Assembly (NCBI GenBank): GCA_025356085.1
Contig: JANXUV010000220.1
Span: forward strand, 1-63,922
Reading direction: 5' to 3'
DNA length: 63,922 bases
Source of the DNA: Betaproteobacteria bacterium
GTDB lineage: Bacteria > Pseudomonadota > Gammaproteobacteria > Burkholderiales > SG8-39
The notes under the pieces are model-generated. The model did no database searches and was not told where the DNA came from. It worked only from the letters and a program-made list of their open reading frames with translations. The position numbers and the translations under genes are program-made. Below, in pieces: positions 60,584 through 63,922 of the stretch (positions are counted from its first letter, which is position 1; every line of letters begins with the position of its first letter).

Positions 60584-62065
60584 ATGAAGAAGCTTATTGC
60601 AGTCGTTTCCATGCTCGCGCTGTTCGCAGTCGCGGGCGGTGCCGGCGCCAAGGACAAGGACAAGGCGCCCGAGAAGGCGGCGGCCGAAGCGAAGGCCGCG
60701 CCCGCCAAGGCGGAAGCCAAGCCTGCGCCTGCGCCCAACAAGGGCGACGTGGCGTGGATGCTGACCTCGACCGCGCTGGTGCTGATGATGAGCGTGCCGG
60801 CCCTGGCGCTGTTCTACGGCGGCATGGTGCGCTCAAAGAACGCGCTGTCGATGATGATGCAGGTGTTCGTGGTGTTCTCGCTGGTCACGGTGCTGTGGTG
60901 CATTTACGGCTACAGCCTGGCGTTCACCGAGGGCAATGCCTACTTCGGCGGCTTCGACCGGCTGTTCCTGAACGGCACCTTCGATGCCGCCAAGGGCGAG
61001 TTCTCGATGGCGGCGACTTTCAGCAAGAACACGCCGATCCCGGAACTGGTGTTCGTCGTGTTCCAGGCGACGTTCGCCGCGATCACCTGCTGCCTGGTGC
61101 TCGGCGCCTTTGCAGAGCGCGCGAAATTCTCCGCGGTGCTGCTGTTCATCACGCTCTGGTTCACCTTCAGCTACCTGCCGATCGCGCACATGGTCTGGTT
61201 CTGGATGGGGCCGGATGCCTACACGGATCCCAAGGTCGTGGATGCGATGAATGCAAAGGCAGGCCTGCTCTGGCAGTGGGGCGCGCTGGACTTCGCGGGC
61301 GGCACGGTGGTGCACATCAATTCCGGGGTCGCCGGCCTGGTGGGCGCCTACGTGATGGGCAAGCGCATCGGCTACGGCAAGGAAGCGATGGCGCCGCACA
61401 ACGTGACGCTGACGATGATCGGCGCCGCGCTGCTGTGGACGGGCTGGTTCGGCTTCAATGCCGGTTCCGCCCTGGAAGCCAACGGCTCGGCCGCGCTCGC
61501 CTTCACCAATACCTACCTGGCGACGGCCTGCGCGGTGCTCTCGTGGGTCCTCGGCGAGGCGATTTTCAAGGGCAAGCCCTCGATGCTCGGCGCCGCTTCC
61601 GGCGCCGTCGCGGGCCTGGTGGCGATCACTCCGGCCGCCGGCAACGTCGGCATCCCGGGTGCGTTCGTCATCGGCATCGGTGCCGGCCTGATCTGCCTGT
61701 GGGGCGTCAACGGCCTGAAGAAGCTTCTTGGCGCCGACGACTCGCTCGACGTGTTCGGCGTGCATGCGCTGGGCGGGATCTTTGGCGCCCTGATGACGGG
61801 AATCTTCAACTCCCCGTCACTTGGCGGCCCTAGCTTCCCGGTCGACTGGGCGACCGGCACCATGACCGCCGCGAAGGACTACGACATCTGGGGTCAGTTC
61901 ATCATCCAGGCGAAGGCAGTCGGCGTGACGATTGTCTGGTCTGCCGTGGTGGCCTTCATTGCCTACAAGATCGTCGACATGATTATCGGCCTGCGCGTGC
62001 CGGAAGAAGAAGAGCGCGAAGGTCTGGACGTAACCTCGCACGGTGAGGCCGCGTACCGGATTTGA
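60584..62065 (+). CDS. amtB: ammonium transporter
   Basis: 493 aa. Signal peptide plus a Lys/Ala/Pro-rich linker, then Amt family motifs (DFAGGTVVHINSG, twin-His region). Confidence 0.96.
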   Translation: MKKLIAVVSMLALFAVAGGAGAKDKDKAPEKAAAEAKAAPAKAEAKPAPAPNKGDVAWMLTSTALVLMMSVPALALFYGGMVRSKNALSMMMQVFVVFSLVTVLWCIYGYSLAFTEGNAYFGGFDRLFLNGTFDAAKGEFSMAATFSKNTPIPELVFVVFQATFAAITCCLVLGAFAERAKFSAVLLFITLWFTFSYLPIAHMVWFWMGPDAYTDPKVVDAMNAKAGLLWQWGALDFAGGTVVHINSGVAGLVGAYVMGKRIGYGKEAMAPHNVTLTMIGAALLWTGWFGFNAGSALEANGSAALAFTNTYLATACAVLSWVLGEAIFKGKPSMLGAASGAVAGLVAITPAAGNVGIPGAFVIGIGAGLICLWGVNGLKKLLGADDSLDVFGVHALGGIFGALMTGIFNSPSLGGPSFPVDWATGTMTAAKDYDIWGQFIIQAKAVGVTIVWSAVVAFIAYKIVDMIIGLRVPEEEEREGLDVTSHGEAAYRI

Positions 62066-62090
62066 GCCGCAAGAGTTCCTCCTGGTCCTT

Positions 62091-62119
62091 GGGGGCGCGC
62101 AAGCGCCCCCTTTCTTTTC
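62091..62119 (+). terminator. rho-independent terminator after amtB, overlapping the marR stop codon
   Basis: GGGGGCGC-gcaa-GCGCCCCC (62091-62110) followed by TTTCTTTTC. Confidence 0.72.
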
Positions 62120-62574
62120 TAGAGAGAGATCTTGCCAAGCAGCGCCAGCAACTGGCGCCGCTCGGCGGCCGACAGGCGCGCGGCGATGCGCTGCTCGTGG
62201 CGAGCGATCGCACGCAGCGCGCGCGCCAGCAGCGTGCGCCCACCGCGCGTCAGCCACAGCCCGTTGGTGCGCCGGTCTTCGCCGCGGCGGCGCTCGATCA
62301 GGCCGCGCGCTTCCAAAAGGTCGAGCACCCCGACCATGGTCGAACGGTCGCGCTCGGCGGCCTCGGCGAGCCGGCTCTGCGTGATTCCCGGATTGGCGTC
62401 GATGGTGATCAGAAGGCCGACGCGGCCGGGCGACAGCCCCTGCACGCTGGCGGCGAAGTCGCGGAACACCGCCTGCTGGGCAAGCCGCAGCCGGTAACCG
62501 AGCAATTGCGGCAGTGCACCCGGATCGAGAGGGGAATCCGGGCGATCCTTACGCGGTGTTTGTTTGGGAGCCAA
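62119..62574 (-). CDS. MarR family transcriptional regulator
   Basis: 151 aa with a winged helix (ITQSRLAEAAERDRSTMVGVLDLLEARGLIERR). TTG start. Divergent from the CoA-ligase gene. Confidence 0.88.
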   Translation of the reverse strand: MAPKQTPRKDRPDSPLDPGALPQLLGYRLRLAQQAVFRDFAASVQGLSPGRVGLLITIDANPGITQSRLAEAAERDRSTMVGVLDLLEARGLIERRRGEDRRTNGLWLTRGGRTLLARALRAIARHEQRIAARLSAAERRQLLALLGKISL

Positions 62575-62579
62575 ACAAT

Positions 62580-63922
62580 TTGACCTTGCAACAACGGCAA
62601 CGCTACGATCCTAGGCGAATCCCCGACACCCGGCAAGGAAACCGCCTGAACGCTGTAGAGCATTTTCTCGGCACCGCAGCGCTCGAGCGGCATGGCGCGC
62701 GCACGGCGCTGATTTGCGGCGGGCAGCTGCTCAGCTATGCCGGGCTCGCCACCGAGGTGGCGCGCGCCGCGAACGCACTGCGCGCGCTGGGCATTTCCCC
62801 GGGCGACCGCGTACTGCTGCTGATGCGCGATACGCCGGAGTTTGCCGCCGCCTGGCTGGGCGCGGTGCACGCGGGTGCCGTCGCGATCGCGCTCAACACC
62901 AAGCTTTCCGAAGCCGAGTACCGGCACATCCGCGCCGACAGCGGCGCGCGCCTGGCGATCATCGAAGATGTTTTTGCGCGGGCGCGCCCTGACCTGACCA
63001 CCGAAGAAGCCGGCGCAGGCCGCGTGGCGATCGCGGGAGCAGGCGCAGGGGCGGCGCCTTCCTGGCGCGAGGCGCTGGCGCGCGCGGTTCCGGAGGCGAA
63101 ACCCCATCCGGCGCGCGCGGAAGACCCGGCGTTCTGGCTCTACTCTTCGGGTACCACCGGCAAACCGAAGGGCATCATCCACGCCCACCGCAGCCTGCTG
63201 CCGGCCGGTCAGGGGCAACGTGACGTGATTGGACTGGCCGCGGGCGAGCGCAGCTTCACCACCTCGAAGCTGTTTTTCGCCTATGCGCTGGAGCACGGTT
63301 TGCTCGGCCCGCTGGCCTCCGGCGCGACCGCGATCCTGGAACCCGACTGGCCCGACGCGGAAAGCGTGCTGGCGCGGGTCGCGCAACAGCGCCCGGCCAC
63401 TTTCTTCAGCGTGCCGACTTTCTACCGCAACCTGCTCGCGCTGGGCCCCGAACGACTCGCACCGTTTCGCGACGTACGCCGCTTTGTCGCGGCGGGCGAA
63501 CGCTTGCCGGCGCCGCTGCTGGAGCAGTGGCGCGCCGCCACCGGCGGGGAAATCCTGTCGCTCTATGGCATGTCCGAAACTTTTTGCGCCTGCATGATCA
63601 CGCCGCCGGGCAGTTCGAACGGTTCGCGCACCGGCAAACCGCTGGCGGGCGTCGATACCCGGCTGAAAATGCCGGAAGGCAGGGATGCCGCCGACGGCGA
63701 GAGCGCCGAGCTGTGGCTGCGCCACCCGGGACTGGCGCTTGGCTTCGCCAACCGGCCGGAACAGACCGCGGCGCAATTCCGCGATGGCTGGTTCTGCACC
63801 CGCGACCTTTTCACCCGCGACGCGGAAGGATTCTTTTCGCACCAGGGCCGTTCCGACGAGCTGGTGAAAGTCGCCGGCCAGTGGGTGCAGCCGGGCGAGC
63901 TCGAGGAAGCAGTCGCCGGCGA
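62580..63922 (+). CDS. benzoate-CoA ligase family AMP-dependent synthetase; 3' end lies outside the window
   Basis: Absent from the ORF track because there is no stop in the window. Manual translation gives ...NRLNAVEHFLGTAALERHGARTALI..., the AMP motif YSSGTTGKPKGIIH, and SKLFFAYALEHG, which is typical of the benzoate/4-hydroxybenzoate-CoA ligase clade. The start is ambiguous (TTG 62580, TTG 62586 or CTG 62646). Confidence 0.8.
   Translation, partial: MTLQQRQRYDPRRIPDTRQGNRLNAVEHFLGTAALERHGARTALICGGQLLSYAGLATEVARAANALRALGISPGDRVLLLMRDTPEFAAAWLGAVHAGAVAIALNTKLSEAEYRHIRADSGARLAIIEDVFARARPDLTTEEAGAGRVAIAGAGAGAAPSWREALARAVPEAKPHPARAEDPAFWLYSSGTTGKPKGIIHAHRSLLPAGQGQRDVIGLAAGERSFTTSKLFFAYALEHGLLGPLASGATAILEPDWPDAESVLARVAQQRPATFFSVPTFYRNLLALGPERLAPFRDVRRFVAAGERLPAPLLEQWRAATGGEILSLYGMSETFCACMITPPGSSNGSRTGKPLAGVDTRLKMPEGRDAADGESAELWLRHPGLALGFANRPEQTAAQFRDGWFCTRDLFTRDAEGFFSHQGRSDELVKVAGQWVQPGELEEAVAG

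Noticed and set aside
62409-63842. 477-aa minus-strand ORF antisense to the CoA-ligase gene
   Set aside because: The plus frame carries the AMP-binding motif SSGTTGKPKG and benzoate-CoA-ligase-type motifs. The minus frame is Arg/Ala-rich with no motif.

Overview
GC-rich (about 65% by eye) chromosomal segment. Gene content and order look betaproteobacterial (Rhodocyclales/Burkholderiales-like): a Bug-family binding protein, yggS-proC-yggT next to pilT-pilU, algH-ruvX-pyrR-pyrB-pyrC', ubiE-ubiJ-ubiB, accB-accC-prmA, porin-glnK-amtB, and a marR/benzoate-CoA-ligase-like pair. I call about 70 protein-coding genes. They are very tightly packed, with many 1-, 4- and 8-nt stop/start overlaps and frequent GTG/TTG starts. 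I found no rRNA, tRNA, CRISPR array, prophage or recognisable defence island, and no intergenic gap is large enough to hide one. Most of the window is housekeeping: central metabolism, ubiquinone, lipoate, pyrimidine, thiamine, haem, cell wall and twitching motility genes. Six things stand out. (1) A histidine kinase is followed 6 nt later by a Hanks-type Ser/Thr kinase fused to two receiver domains, and the pair interrupts an otherwise conserved synteny block. (2) An uncharacterised 538-aa protein has a canonical PilZ c-di-GMP motif in its C-terminal part and is translationally coupled to a polytopic membrane protein, inside the thrB...ubiE gene string. (3) A TorF-like outer-membrane barrel lies upstream of glnK-amtB, behind a good sigma-54 promoter. 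(4) A REP/RAYT unit sits between apaH and comM. (5) There are two small low-GC patches, one of which begins inside the 3' end of polA. (6) pyrC' has a degenerate metal site. None of these is a clear-cut novel multi-gene system. Items 1 and 2 are the best candidates for follow-up. The many long ORFs antisense to real genes are GC-driven shadow ORFs and are not reported as genes.
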